From: Antedon mediterranea | Lineage: Eukaryota; Animalia; Echinodermata | Length of the DNA: 64,000 bases | Reading direction: 5' to 3' | Assembly: GCF_964355755.1 (NCBI RefSeq) | Contig: NC_092679.1 | Location: 2,076,201 to 2,140,200 of the forward strand | Shown: positions 23,491-37,510 of the stretch, piece after piece | How positions within the stretch are numbered: the first letter of the stretch is position 1 | Layout: every line of letters starts with the position of its first letter | Translations under genes and position numbers: made by a program | Notes under the pieces: model-generated | Told to the model about the DNA's origin: nothing | The model's database searches: none | The model's input: only the letters and a program-made list of their open reading frames with translations

Positions 23491-26400
23491 ATGAAAGACG
23501 ACTTTGACGGCGTTGCCATTGTTGATGGCAACAACAAGAACACGAACTTTGTTACGCGGCATTTCGTTATTTTTACCGTCTGCCTGGGAGTGGTTTGTGT
23601 AGGTATCGGGCTTCTTATCGGGTACCTTACGTTTCCTGAAACACTACGAAGTGCATCAGACCCTCAGGTAGGCGACCAGACAGATCATGAATGGGTATCA
23701 AAAACGTTGATGGATAATATTGACGCTGCCAAAATCGAAGAAAATCTGAAGTAGGTTCTAAATTTAAGTTTGTATTTGAGGATATTGTAGGCCTATTGCT
23801 ACTAATACTAGAGTGAAACCCTTCTATTCAGGGGTAATTAAGGTTATAACTTGATAGTCACTCCTAGTATCATTATAAAGGGTACATTGTTTTGGGTCCT
23901 CCCAAAAGTGTTCTATTGTCCCTATTGCTCCTTCTAATAAAGGTTCTATTGAATTTTGCAATCGTAAAAAAGCTAAATTTGTTTTTAGATATTTTTCAAA
24001 ACGTCCACATGTTGGTGGCACATTAGCTGAAAAAGAAAACGCCGAATACATCAAGAGTGTATGGCTGCAGCAAGGCCTAGACGATGTTCAAATACATTCA
24101 TACACCCCGTATCTAGCCTATCCTGACATCAATAACCCCAACAAGGTAGTCAACCAATTATGTTATATCTCTTGTACAAACAGCATAAATAACAAACATA
24201 CTAAATAGTCGTGGAAAATACGAAATATAAAACGTATAACCATCTAGAAGTACAGTAGTACTGGAAGAGTTTCTAGAATCTTGAAGTTGTTCAAGAATTA
24301 ATCTATAATTTAGAAAGTAAAAATAGTGGGACTATCTCTCTTTAACTTTTAGTAAATTTACATTTCTGATTTCATCTATATGGGCTTGTAGGCTAAGTAT
24401 GATTAGGCTACCTATGAACTCTGGTTTCGATTATGTAGGTAACAATACAATACGTACGGTATTTACTCTTCATGTTATCGATGGTTGTATAAATACACTG
24501 AATGTCAACCAAGGGATTAGCTATATTGTAAAATGTCCTCCGAAAAATTTAAAATAGGTCCTTGAGCGTAAATAAGCACAGAGAGAGGTAGGCATAACAC
24601 TATTTCCTCAACGCACAAAAACGAGTGTAAAGCTTACTTTCACTATAGGACGTAACGCAAGCGATTTGAATCACAAATAATGGATTATTCGTCGCTTGTC
24701 ATTGGTCAATTCGCTTGCGTTGCGTCTGTGTGATTGTGCCAAGCTTTAGTTGTGCGAGTGCGGACTGCATCGGTGCGCATTCGGGGTTGCGATGCGTGCA
24801 GTCTACATTTTAACGTAGGTTACATTTGATGAGACTACGTTTACATGGAACGCATGCGGAGTTGTGATGCATGCGTATGTGTCAACGTCTGTGGCTTTTT
24901 CTATACACTACATGCATGACACATAGGCGTTTAGCTAACGATGACAAACATATAGCGTAATCATTACCGCAGAAAAGGCATGTTGTGTCTCAACATTGTA
25001 GTAATTTTGAAATAAGAATGTGTTCTTTTGAAGGTACACATCTTAGAAGACAACACGGTGATCTTCAGTACACGAGATCATGAAGATGTTTTAAGGCCAG
25101 AAGATGAAAACTCCGAAGTGCTCCCACCCTTTAATGCGTATTGTGCAAGTGGAAATGTTGAGGTACAGTATGACGTCATTGACGAGAAATGAAACAATAT
25201 AACTCGCTCAAATTAAAAAATGCTTTCCGAAAACGTCGCAAAAATAATACAATTTGTCGACTGATTATGATTATTTAAGACATTGTTTTCTTGTTAAATT
25301 AACAGGGCGAATTAGTGTACGTGAATTTTGGCCGTGAGGAGGACTTCATTTATCTGGCGGATAATAAGCCAGAAATCAATATCACAGGAAAAATTGTCAT
25401 CGCTAAATTCGCAAAAGGTTTTCGAGGAACAAAGGTAATGTACACTGCGTAGAGAGGAATTTGGAAGATGGAAACATGAATGAATGAATACGCGTAGGCC
25501 TATAAGCTGACGCTTTCGATTCGCGCGAACAAATTCGCCTAGTTATTAGTAGAAAACCGGCTTTATGAAGTGGAAGCGGTGAGGGCAAATCGTCAAATTG
25601 TACTTTTTATTTATATAAGTACGGTACACATTATTCGGGTATTTACTAATGTTTCTTCTTAATAACAGGTGAAAAATGCCGAAAAGGCTGGTGCAATTGG
25701 GGTCATTCTCTTTTCTGATCCCGACAACTATTCACCAGGCGACACATTAGGGGGTTACCCTAATTCATGGTGGTTACCCCGGACGGGTGCTCAACGAGGC
25801 AACGTGTGGGTTAGCGATGCAAAGGGTGATCCGTTGACACCTGGATTTCCCGCCAACGGTAAGCTAATGTACACTATATAAATCACCAATAATTGTAGGC
25901 CTATACTATTATGTGTTTTCCAAATCTTTATAATGTTATATTACATATAGATTACGCTTATCGACAAACGGAAAAACACGCAGAATTACCCACAATCCCC
26001 GTCCATCCGATATGCGCAGACGACGCAGAAATGTTATTAAGGTAATTGCATAAACATAATAAAAACAAAATATAACATATAATAAATTCGGTAATTGTTG
26101 ATGAAGTAGTTTGGCGTAAAATAAACTTATAAAGACACAAGTATTAGTATGATGGTGATCCGTTCTCAGGTTGCCAAGTTAAATTTACATATGTAATTTA
26201 AATATGAATACATCCATGCATGTAATTTATTTATTTAAAATGACATTGACGGTTACAAAATGTCGTAATAGAGAAATGGACGGAGACGAAGTTCCTGACA
26301 GTTGGAAAGGAGCACTAAATGTTACGTACCGATTTGGTCCAACTCTTAAAAAAGTAAATAGGTAAGATTTTTTTTAATCCATTCTGAAAAGAAGTAATTT

Positions 26401-29400
26401 TATTACCGACTTCCAAAATAGTGACGTCAGCCTTAGAATAAAAAGGGTACATTAGAACATATATTAAGGGGGCACATTCGGGAAAAAAATGGTCGTCTCT
26501 GAATAGGGGGTTAACTGTAAAACATACTGCTCTTCGTTCACTTTACAGATAGGCCTAAGTGTCCTTTAGTAGGGATGTCCCCTTAGTAGGGGTTCCCTCT
26601 GAATAGACTGTGTAGACCGTAGTGTTAAACTTCTATTGCCTCTTGTTTGTCTCACAGAAAAATGTCCCTTTAATAGGGTTTCTATTGTATTCAGGCTGCT
26701 ATACATGTTGCGCTTTAAGCGTGGTTCCCACTAGCGACGCAACGCAAGGACGTAACGCAACGCAAGTGAATTGACAAATCACAAGCGATGGCTTATTCGC
26801 TTGTGATTGCTAACTGTCTATAAGTTCGCTTGTCATTGGTTAAAACGCTTGCGTTGCGTTTACGTCCTTGCGTTACGTTATAGTGGGAACCAAGCTTTAG
26901 TTTTGACAATGTTGTTCCTAAATAGTCCTATTTTATACGATTAAGTTTGAGCTTATAATCTTGCAGGAAAATTAAATTAGAGGTTATTGCAATTAAAGAG
27001 AATCGACCCGTGTACAATGTCATCGGCATGATCAAAGGAAATGTCGAACCAGGTGAGTATTACTGTGATCACATGATACTTAAAAATAAGCAACTAACAT
27101 GACACATGACAATGCATAAAATAATGTTAATATTTGCTAATTAGACAGGTATGTGCTTATGGGAAACCATCGTGATGCCTGGGTGTTTGGCGCCATTGAT
27201 CCATCCAGTGGAACGTCTGCTTTGCTAGAAATGACAAGATCTTTTGGAAACTTGCACAAGAAACATGGTATGGTTACGGTGACAATGCCTAAAGCTTGGT
27301 TCCCACTAGCGACGTAAGCAAATGCCCTTCTAACAATTGTGCTTGCCCCCGCCTGCGTGAAATCAAACCTGATGTGCTTGCAGCAGTATTGCGTCGTCGG
27401 TTCCCACTTTGTGTTGCGTTCTAGTGGGAACCACGTTTTAACTAGACCTAGTTACAGGCATAATGGTGGTTTAAGGGTGGTGGTGTAAGTGAAGAGATTA
27501 GATTTAAATGTACTAAACATCACGCTGACAAGACAGACATTTTAGAAATAAAATAGGCTGACGGACTTTTACAACAACATTCTTGAGACAGAGAAGCAAA
27601 CCAACAACACAAATGTATATTTGCTGTTACTTTTATTTAATTTCAGGCTGGATACCACGAAGAACAATCATCTTTTGCAGTTGGGCAGCAGAAGAACCTG
27701 GTCTACTTGGTTCCACCGAGTTTCTAGAGGTCAGTTTGGACTGTTATTCTTCCAAAGCCAGGCCAAATTTGACTAGACAATCCTCGCTTGTAGGACCCAT
27801 GCACGACACAGCAACCGAAAGTCATACATACATTATGTTTATTTTACAGGATTTCCAGAAAATCTTAGCCGACAGGACGGTGGTGTATTTCAATGTTGAT
27901 TCTGCTGTAACGGGAAACTACACGTTTCAAGGAAAAACAACTCCATCTCTAAAGAAAGCAATAATTGCTGCCACTAAGAAGGTAGGCCTACATTGTATCT
28001 ATTGATTTTTTTTAATAGTCATTGTAAGTAGTACGAGTATCCTTTAACAAGTAGATAGCGGTATTGTAGTGCAGAGTCGCGCTCATCCTAATAACGTGCA
28101 CCACATTTGCAACATATCGAGGGTATCCTGTTCTGTCGAATAGTAGATTTTTTTTACGACCTTATGTGGTTTAACGTCCCATTTAAAGACGAGGCAACGA
28201 GAGTAAAGAACATTGCTCCAGTACAATCACGACCGTAATAATCCTTGTTTACTTTTGTGATATTATTTCTCCTAAAAAGGTCCCATCCCCTGATCCAGAA
28301 TACGATACAACGTACGACCACTGGCTTGCAAAAGATGAAAGCTCCACATACGACAACGAACCATAGTAAGAAATATCCTAATTATGGTTTTAGCTTTTAT
28401 GTGTCAATATTGTTTGATTTGGTTACTTAATGTTTGTTTTCTTACGTTTTCCTTAGTGTACGAAACCTTGGTTCTGGCAGCGATTACAAACCGTATACAT
28501 ATCGTTTAGGAATACCTGCGGCAGACGTCCGTTGGCGATATCCTACTGTGAGTAACCATGTATTCGCACCTCATGTTCACACTAATGTTATACCTCTTGC
28601 ACATTTGAATCAGACTATCACTACAACATTAGTAGCAAACTTTAGTAGTGGTAGTGCTTTGAAATCTTTGGTGCTACCCAGATGTGCGATTGGCGATTGG
28701 AAACTTAATATTTTTGTGGCAAGCACACGTCCCGTAGCAGTGATCTCTTTATTGTTTTCGCAACCTTCTGTGCACACGATTTAACGTCCCGTTCGACGTA
28801 GTCACTCTTTGGCTTGTGTCAAACAATAGATAAGAAACTGTTGAATAACAGAACTTATTTTTGTCAAGATTACTTACTCTATACGATATTCTCTTTAGGA
28901 TCTTGGTCTTTCTTCACATCCCGTATATCACTCCGCCTACTCTACGTTTTATTACGTTAAAACGTTTCTCGACTGGGACTTTAAGCGTCACCAAGCCGTA
29001 GCGCGTGTATGGACGGAGCTGGGACGGGAGTTCGCAGACTCGGCAATAGTGCCATTCGATGGTGTGTACTACGCGGACAAAATACTGAGGGGCATGGAGG
29101 CAGTTAGGGAGCTCTATGAAACCGAGATGAACAAGAATGGAATTACATTTGGTAAATTACTGTATTACTGATTATCGTCCACCTACTACTACTAGAATTT
29201 AACTTACTGTAGGTCAGTCGCTGTCCGTCGACGGCTGTCGGTCGACGGCTATCGGTCGACGGTTATCGGTCGATGGAGGTCGACAGCTGTCGTGAATCGA
29301 AAGCTCCTGATATGACTTAGGCCCTATACGCACATTTTACAATATGAAATAAAAATCAATCAAAATAATTATGTAATTTTTAATTGTTTTATTTTTAATT

Positions 29401-30515
29401 GTAGACGCTATTATGTCGGCCATAAACAATTTGACGGTAATCGCAGCAACTTTTGAAGATAAAACACAAAATATGGACACATCGGAGTGAGTTTTCCTGT
29501 ATCAATATAAAAAAACGCAAGATTTGTTTCATAACAAACAAAACAATACATCTTCAATCTGCTTCATAATCCTATAAACATTTTTCACAAGTACGTAAAT
29601 GTCAAGGCAGTTTTATGACACCGATTCACGGAGTTTATTTTAAATAATTAAAATATGTTCATATTTATGCTTTTCAGTTTACTTGCTATCCGTAAAGTCA
29701 ATGACCAAATTATGTTGTTTGAGAGGTCGTTCATCGACCCACTTGGCTTGCCCGGACGCAAATTTATGAGGTAAAACTATTATTGTATGACTGTGTACGC
29801 CATTTGGAACAATAAATATTATCGTCGAAAAATTGTTGTTACAATTGTTTTCACTATTGTGAGGCATTTGATAAATAGGCAAACTGCCTTAAAATGTCTT
29901 GACATGTTTCGAGAAACTATTTTCACAATCGTTATTTTAATCATACATCATTTTTGTTTATATTAAACACTATTATTATTAAACTCTGTACTCTTTTGGT
30001 TTGATATTTTGTAATACAATGCTACAGCACAAATTATCATTTATCAAATTATCATTTATGGTGAACAATATTAACGGCAGTGGGAAATCCAGAAACACAT
30101 AATTTATTTTATTTCAAAACCCAACCATCAACAACAAGAAATTCGACGCTAGTATTAAACAAGAGGGTTAACCAGTGAGGTAAAGCCTTCGGCTTTGGTT
30201 TTATCAAATCATGATGACCACGCACACTTCAATATTACCTTTTTCAGGGTGGCATATCCGCCATAGGATCGTAACAGGTTAAATTAAACTACATGTATTT
30301 CTATAATATTGTTCTTTTTATTTCATAGACATGTCGTATTCTCGCCTGCGTTACACGGTGGCACGCCTTTCCCGGGGATTCGTGACAGCATGTACCGCAT
30401 TGATTTTGACCCCAACAAGGAACAGAGATGGGAAGGTGTCAAAGAGCACATGGCCACTGTGGCATTCATGATCCAATCTGCAGCAAGCACACTCAAAGAT
30501 GTCACAGAATTTTAG
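23491..30515 (+). CDS. Second GCPII/NAALADase-family peptidase paralog, 17 exons, zinc ligands intact, altered S1' loop
   Basis: Exons approx. 23491-23750, 23989-24145, 25034-25162, 25306-25434, 25669-25858, 25951-26041, 26273-26362, 26967-27052, 27145-27268, 27647-27729, 27851-27982, 28280-28365, 28457-28547, 28899-29151, 29405-29486, 29678-29770, 30329-30515. Motifs: [34 protein letters not shown]. Same exon layout as the upstream paralog. Confidence 0.92.
26718..26896. mobile_element. MITE family B copy, TTA target duplication
   Basis: Full-length, TTA/TTA flanks. A related variant lies at ~27293-27440 and a degenerate one at ~24630-24747. Confidence 0.9.
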
Positions 30516-30527
30516 AAAATTCTTGAA

Positions 30528-30653
30528 AGCTCTGTCTACACTATCAATGTGTGATGTGCCCAAATATGGTAGTGATATGATATTATCATCATGTCCATAT
30601 ATAGGCACTTTACATTTTTCTGTCACATAAAGTTTGATAGTGTAGACAGAGCT
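30528..30653. mobile_element. MITE family A copy 12 bp after a stop codon (3' UTR)
   Basis: Full TIRs. A further solo left end lies at ~30712. Confidence 0.85.
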
Positions 30654-31168
30654 TAAGTATATGGTACAGATGGAATAAAAACAAACTACAAAAGAATGCT
30701 TCACTGTATAAAGCTCTGTCTACACTGTCAAATTAAAAAAAGATTTTGCGATTTACCCTTCTAATAATTTGTGCATGTTTAAGGCCTATTTTGGGAGATA
30801 CAATATTAACCTCAGACCAGCTCCTTTTCCGTATCTCAGCCGTCAAAACTGAAGAGACGTTTTAAAACAAAACTCTGGTGTTAGTTAATCACTTTTACAA
30901 TTATAATATTAAGATAGTAGAAATTTAGGAAATAAAATCAGATTTTTGTTGTACAGTATATTGTCTTGGAATTGTTTGTACAGCATGTAATACCACAAAG
31001 AGGTTATATAATTAACTATAGAGTGAACTAGACGAGAGCGAAGTCTCCACAAAATGGTTGTTGTTTATTATACAACCTCTTTGGGCATATCACCTTATCT
31101 TGTTGCAATGTCTATAAAACAGATATTTGAAATAGCAATTTTAGTGTTTTTAACTCACAACAATGTCA

Positions 31169-32473
31169 TTATGTATCTGTTGTAGATAAGTGTTCTCTGT
31201 TTCGTATGACAAGCTCCTTGTATCCAGAATTCGAGTCAAATTCTCTTGTAAATTTCAGGCTGTTGAGTTCACCAATCACGAGCTCTATAGTTGTATACGT
31301 CTCCATGACTTCCATCACGTGACCTCCAAATACCTATCATCAATTAAAACCAAATTAAACAAAGAGTTGATGATCTTTTGTTTATAAAATTACTATTCAA
31401 CTAGGACTATATAGGAAAAAGTTTTATTTCAATAGTGTCTTTGGCGTACCATAGAATTTTCATCTGATATAGAAGCATGAAGATGGAATCCATCTTGCGA
31501 AAGAGTTCCTGACAATGACACAATCTCATGAGGTTTGGAAAAGGTCTTCACCTGAAAAGGAAAAATAATGATAAAACACAAATCAAATAGTACCATATTA
31601 AAAGTATAAATATAAAAAAGAAATCAATTATTAGTTAATTGTTTTGTTGTTTTGTTTTGGGGATGAGGATGTGGAACTTGTTTTATTTGGCTAGTAGTCT
31701 AACCTCTATCTACTGTCAAACAAGTTTGACAAAAAAGTCTGATATGCCCATATATGGTAGTGATATGACGTCATCGTATCCATATATGGGCACATCACAT
31801 TTTTGTTGTCAGATAAAGTTTGATAGTGTAGACAGAACTTTATGATAAATAATGCCCTTTCATACTCACAGTCGTAGAATTAGCAGTGCGTAGCTTTGTG
31901 AATTTGGTACTTCCTACACAAGAAACTATAAAGGCGGCCTTCAGGTTATTTTCAGTTAAGAACAACTTGAGCCGTTTTATAATGTCCTCGCCTGGTACCA
32001 GTCTCAGGGCATAGCACGTAAGCTTAGGAATATTAAAGATGAACAAAATTAATTATTAGAACTTCACCACGAACTCAACTCTTGCAATAATGGTGTCACA
32101 CGTCACTATAATTTAAATCTAGGCCCACCTAGTCGATATAAAAATGTTAAAAATTGCATAGGCCTAGGCCTATATGCAATTAATGATTAAACATGTGATA
32201 CTATCTAGCAAATAACATGTACCGTATTATTTTTATACCATTAGAAGCACCCCCCACCCCACACCACACCCAGTCACTACTTTACTTACACTAAAGCAGG
32301 GAGATGTAAAATAATTATTTTACATCTCCCTGCACTAAGCTAGGCCTATCTTATTCTTAGTCAGGTATCTAATAATCTAGCCTAGGGGCGGCTAGACTGG
32401 CGCTAGTACTGGCCTGTAAAACGTGTTCTACAAAACAAAATTATTTTCCTTTACTTACAGCAGAAGAATTCAT
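31169..32473 (-). CDS. Stand-alone PPC (DUF296) domain protein, 144 aa, 4 coding exons
   Basis: Exons 32459-32473, 31870-32022, 31450-31551 and 31169-31333, all phase 0. Motifs YALRLVPGEDI, AAFIVSCVGS, EIVSLSGTL, HLHASISD, VFGGH, TTIELVI and REFDSNSGYKEL are typical of DUF296/AF0104-like proteins. Confidence 0.88.
31702..31839. mobile_element. MITE family A copy (degenerate)
   Basis: Core and right TIR. Confidence 0.75.
32297..32332. mobile_element. 36-bp perfect palindrome CAGGG...CCCTG with target duplication
   Basis: CACTAAAG|CAGGGAGATGTAAAATAATTATTTTACATCTCCCTG|CACTAAG. Confidence 0.8.
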
Positions 32474-33472
32474 ATTTATGGTCTTGAAATATTTCAACTT
32501 TTGCCGCTGCTAAAATCAATGTTACGTAAGACGTTGTCAGTAGATCGGTAAAGTTGTGTTGAAATAGCCGTTTTGGAACCTCACAATGTTCTTTTTTCTA
32601 AAAGTATGGCGCGCGGAAGCCATTTTGCAATTTTGTATAATAAACACAAAATTTGCCAAAACAAAGAGTGTACATATAATATTAGAAATTTGATAATTGT
32701 ATATATTTTTCTTCAGTAGGTGTTAGTAGTTATAATAATCTACCAAGAAATTACTAATGTCAACATAATGTCTGGCTGATGACGTTATCTGCGCCCCATA
32801 GATAAATAAAAAAGAGAACATTTCAAAAGTTTGAAAACGGCTATCCATATATACCTCCAGCTTGGGGATGTCCCTTGTTTAATCACGTGCCTTACATGTA
32901 TCAGGTGATCAAAACGGGTACCATCAAAACAAATTCACTGTTGTTTTTTTTTGTGCGAGCGATCGGGACTTCCAAAAACAGCCACTCACTGAATGGTGGA
33001 AATCTCTGTGTTTGTGATTTGTTTACTTTAACTTAGGCGTATAGGTAAGGTCTTTGTTAGCCTAGGCCTAAGTCATTACTACGCTAGAATAGAAAGAATA
33101 AAAACGGGCTTAGCCACAAGGCCTACCTAGTCTACTACTACTACTAACTAGGCCTAGTAGTAGTACTGACTAGGCCTAGTACTGACTGTAGTCGTATATA
33201 GTACTTACTATACCCACACTGCCTGGGCCTACACACACAGTTTCAGTAAGCTGCACGTAGCCTGTAGGCTTGTTTATGTTATAGCAGTGTGGGTCACTGT
33301 TTTTTTACATTTATTCAAATTGTTTTGAATTTCTTTTGTGAAAACCTGGATTGGACTAAATAATAATTAAAATATATTTAAAAAATATATTAGAATACTG
33401 TTAGTGTTATTTATGACATTTTATTTACATGTTTTATAATAATTTAGATTGGTGTGCTGCGAATCTAAAATA

Positions 33473-36400
33473 ATGGAAGTATTAAATGGTTTGCTCCTCC
33501 CCATCCTTCTTAGTTGTACTGTTTGTTATAGTTCTGATGTTCATCACATTCAATTGCAACCTGAACAAATACACTTATCTGCTACAGGTGTGTTTTAAGC
33601 TCTGTTTACACTATCAAAAAGAGTGTGATGTTCCCAAATATGGTAGTGAATATGTCCAAATATCAAGTCCATATATGGAAACATCACATTTTGTTGTCAC
33701 ATTAATTTGTAGACAGAGCTTCATTTATTTATCTATACACTCCTTGTTTTTAGAATTTATTTTTAAATAGAAACAAATAAATAAATATAGTTTTAAGCAC
33801 TAATCAGTTGTTTTGTAATTCCTCTATTGTTTCAAGATTTACATTTATTTAAAAAAAATATATCAATAATCATAAATTATGTTTATTATAAATTAATTCA
33901 ATATTGCGTGACCTCTCTTAATCATGTACCAAAGTGTGATTTATAAATTAATAATTTTGAATTACAAATCGAAATGAAATCAATTTAAACGCTAGACAGA
34001 TAGCTATCAGTATAAATATGCATAACTATAATAAGAATTTGCAGAAAAAAATTAAGTTTTATTTTATTAATTAAAAAAAATTGTTACTAGGAAATGCGGG
34101 TGAGATGATGGTTACGTGGAGCACAGTCAACGATACAAAGGCATCGCTGGTAAGGTTCGGCAAAAATATCACACTGAATTTAGTTGCCAAGGGAACTAGT
34201 AGTATATTCGTCGACGGTGGACCTGAGAAAAGGTCACAGTTCATCCACAGGGTCAAGCTAACTGGACTGAGCCCTGCACAAATGTATTGTAAGTATTTTA
34301 GTTTTATTTTTACACACAATATCATCGCACATTAAATTCAAATCATTTATACAGTATTTTTAAAAAATATATTTAATATTCATGATATAAAATTGAATGT
34401 AATTATGAATAAATGAATATGTAATTATGAATAAATGAATATGTAATTATGAATAAATGAATATGTAATTATGAATAAATGAATATGTAATTTGATAATT
34501 TTATAATAACTCACAAATGCTTAAGGTTTCAATAATAGATTTTTAGTGATAAAAAAATATTTAAAAAATAAATATTATTTTTATAATTTCAATTTATGAA
34601 ATAATATTTATTATTATTATTCAAAATTATTAATAAACAAATTTACAAATTCCAGATTATCATTGCGGAAGTGAAGACGGATGGAGTCCTCTATTCTTTT
34701 TTAAGGCTTTTCCAAATACCACAGACTGGAGTCCTCGATTCGCTATGTATGGCGACTTGGGAAACGAGAATGCACAGTCACTGAGTCGACTACAAGAGGA
34801 AGTACAGAAAGGAATGTATGACACTGTATTTCATATTGGTAAGTAATAAAAAAAATTGACAAAAGGAATGTCAGAAGAGCAACAAAACACACAAAGATTA
34901 ATAATAATAATAAGTATTTGCTTAGAATGTTTATAAATTGATTTGATGACTTTTGAATATATTTTGTTATTTAAGGCGACTTTGCATATGAATTGGAGGA
35001 GGATAATGGGCGAGTTGGAGACATGTTTATGCGTCAAATAGAATCAGTAGCAGCGTATGTACCGTACATGACGGCGGTAGGCAATCATGAAGCATCTTAG
35101 TGAGTCTCTCTTTGCAGTTTTAATTTAAAACTAAAAAAAAACAATGAGGAATGTTAAGTAATACCATATCCACCTACTAGAACACAAAATTGTGACAACT
35201 TTGGGGGTAGAACTATACCCGGGGAAAAAATTATTGGTAAAGCATTTCTTGTAAAAGCTGATATGAACTGGATAGAGAGAGAGAGAGGCCTACATCCAGA
35301 CCAAAAGTAAATACTGGTACTATATCCCCAGGGATATGCCAGTCTTAAAGTAGGGGGTGGGATTAAACCCGAAGTGGGATTATACCCAAGGATATAATGT
35401 GAGCTTTTTTTGCACCGTGAATGGGTTAGTTATTTTAGTTGGTACATACAATATTGTATCACATATATATGGGGTTTTTTTTCAGCAACTTTTCACATTA
35501 CAAAAATCGATTCACAATGCCAAATTTTGCAGAAACAGCGAATCTATGGTACAGGTACTGTAAACTCAGTTATTAATTGTTTTATCTACTTCCATCCGAT
35601 TGTCTGTTAATCATTCCCTTCATTCATTGATCAATACCAATCAATAATATTAATATTAATATTAATATGTCTTTGTGTTTTATATTATAATTAGTTGGGA
35701 TATTGGTCCAGCACATATCATTGTTTTCTCAACTGAGGTTTACTACTACTTTCAATACGGACTGTTTTTAATCACACATCAATTGAACTGGCTCAAACAA
35801 GACCTTAAAGCAGCCAATAAGAATCGAGCTGAACGACCCTGGGTCATCACGATGGCTCATCGGCCAATGTACTGCACCGACACTGATGGGGATGATTGTT
35901 CGAAACGTTACAACATTGTTAGTACAGTTTCATTTATTTTCTTTCATTAGCAATGCATGCATAAGTAAAATATTATTTTTATGACACTATTGTGATATCA
36001 TGAAATATTTTGGTCTGTCTACAAAGTCTCCAATAATCAAATTAATCTAAACAAAAGATTCAATTATTTGCATTGAAATATTCCTGTTTCAGTTTTAATT
36101 TGAATTTGTTTTTACAGATAAGGGATCAGTTTGAGGAACTGTTTTATGACAGTGGTATGTATGTCAATATTATGCGAACATAAAAGATTGTGAAGATCGC
36201 TTTCTGTATTGAACACCAAAGCTGTCCTGTTAGGCCACACCCCTTACATGGTAATACTGTATTATTGATTGCAAGAGTATAAAACTGAACTTATATTTCA
36301 ACCCTTATATTTTAATTTCTTCAGGTGTGGATATTGAGTTCTGGGCACATGAACACACCTATGAGAGGCTTTTACCTGTATACAAAGGAAAGGTATGATA

Positions 36401-37058
36401 GATAGAATCCCCATTAATATTCTTTGGCGTACAATTATAATAGATGTTTTGGTAAAGTATGTTTGTTTTGTTCCTGTATGTCAACAGTTGCATGTGAACA
36501 CAGAAAGTCAGATTACATTCAAAGTTAATATTTACATTTACAGGTGTTCAACGGTAGTGCTAGCGCCCCCTATACAAACCCCAACGCACCCGTGCACGTA
36601 GTAGCTGGTTCTGCGGTAAGTATATTGTTTCCATTCACCAAGTTACAATACAATCTCAAAGTCGCAAAGTTATTTAAAAAAGTTAACCCCTGCCCCATTT
36701 AATAGAAATAACTTGATTTTCAGGGTTGTAGAGAATTGCCCGATAAATTCACTCCAGTACCAGCTCCATGGGATGGGTTTCGTTCCCGAGATTATGGCTA
36801 TTTGACAATGACCGTGACGAACAAGACGCATGCTCACTTCCAGCAAATATCAGATGATCAGGTATGAATCCGTAAAAATTATTTCTGAAATTTTGACCTA
36901 AAAAATAGTTTTTGTCTAGAAAAAAAAATTGTGTTGTTTTTTTATAAATGTTATTATTATTTATACCTTTGAATTTCGTTTTCTAATTACAGGGCGGGAA
37001 GGTGATTGATGACTTCTGGGTAATAAAGCACAAACATGGACCTTACGGCTCGGATTAA
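33473..37058 (+). CDS. ACP7: Acid phosphatase type 7 (purple acid phosphatase), paralog a, 11 coding exons
   Basis: Signal peptide, then QPEQIHLS, VTWST, FIHRVKL, YHCG, GDLG, GDFAY, GNHE, AHRPMYC, AHEHTYER and DYGY. Exons approx. 33473-33587, 34091-34288, 34654-34838, 34976-35098, 35485-35553, 35695-35918, 36118-36154, 36324-36392, 36544-36615, 36724-36861, 36993-37058. Confidence 0.92.
33598..33720. mobile_element. MITE family A copy 10 bp inside an ACP7a intron donor
   Basis: TIRs and core. Confidence 0.8.
34397..34491. repeat. 22-bp minisatellite x4
   Basis: ATGTAATTATGAATAAATGAAT. Confidence 0.9.
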
Positions 37059-37194
37059 TTATGTTTTTTTTAATGACAATTTTATACAATAAATTATCAA
37101 AATTGATAATTGTATTTTTAGAATTTTTTTTAATGCAGCAGCTGAGGAGTAGAAGGGTGGATAATGTTAATATTTTTATTAACAATTTATCAAA

Positions 37195-37510
37195 TTCTGT
37201 AATTAAATAAATGTTTCGTAACTACTAATACTGAAATAGCGATAGAATAATGGGTGAAAAAATAAATAAAATCTTTTTAAAATATTAATTAAGAATCTAA
37301 ATCAACTGAAATATCTTTTTTATATAATATTACCGTTTTACGTCAATGTATGAATTGTATAAAGGAAATTTAAGAATTTAATAAAATAATTGTTGTAATT
37401 ACTAATACTGAAATGGTGATAATAGTAGTTTTAATTATTATTAATCAAGAATCTAAATCAACTGAAATACTTATAATTGCAATGTTACGTCAATGTATGC
37501 ACTGTATAAT
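37195..37510. repeat. Imperfect tandem duplication downstream of ACP7a
   Basis: TACTAATACTGAAAT, AAGAATCTAAATCAACTGAAATA and TTACGTCAATGTATG each occur twice in the same order. Confidence 0.75.
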
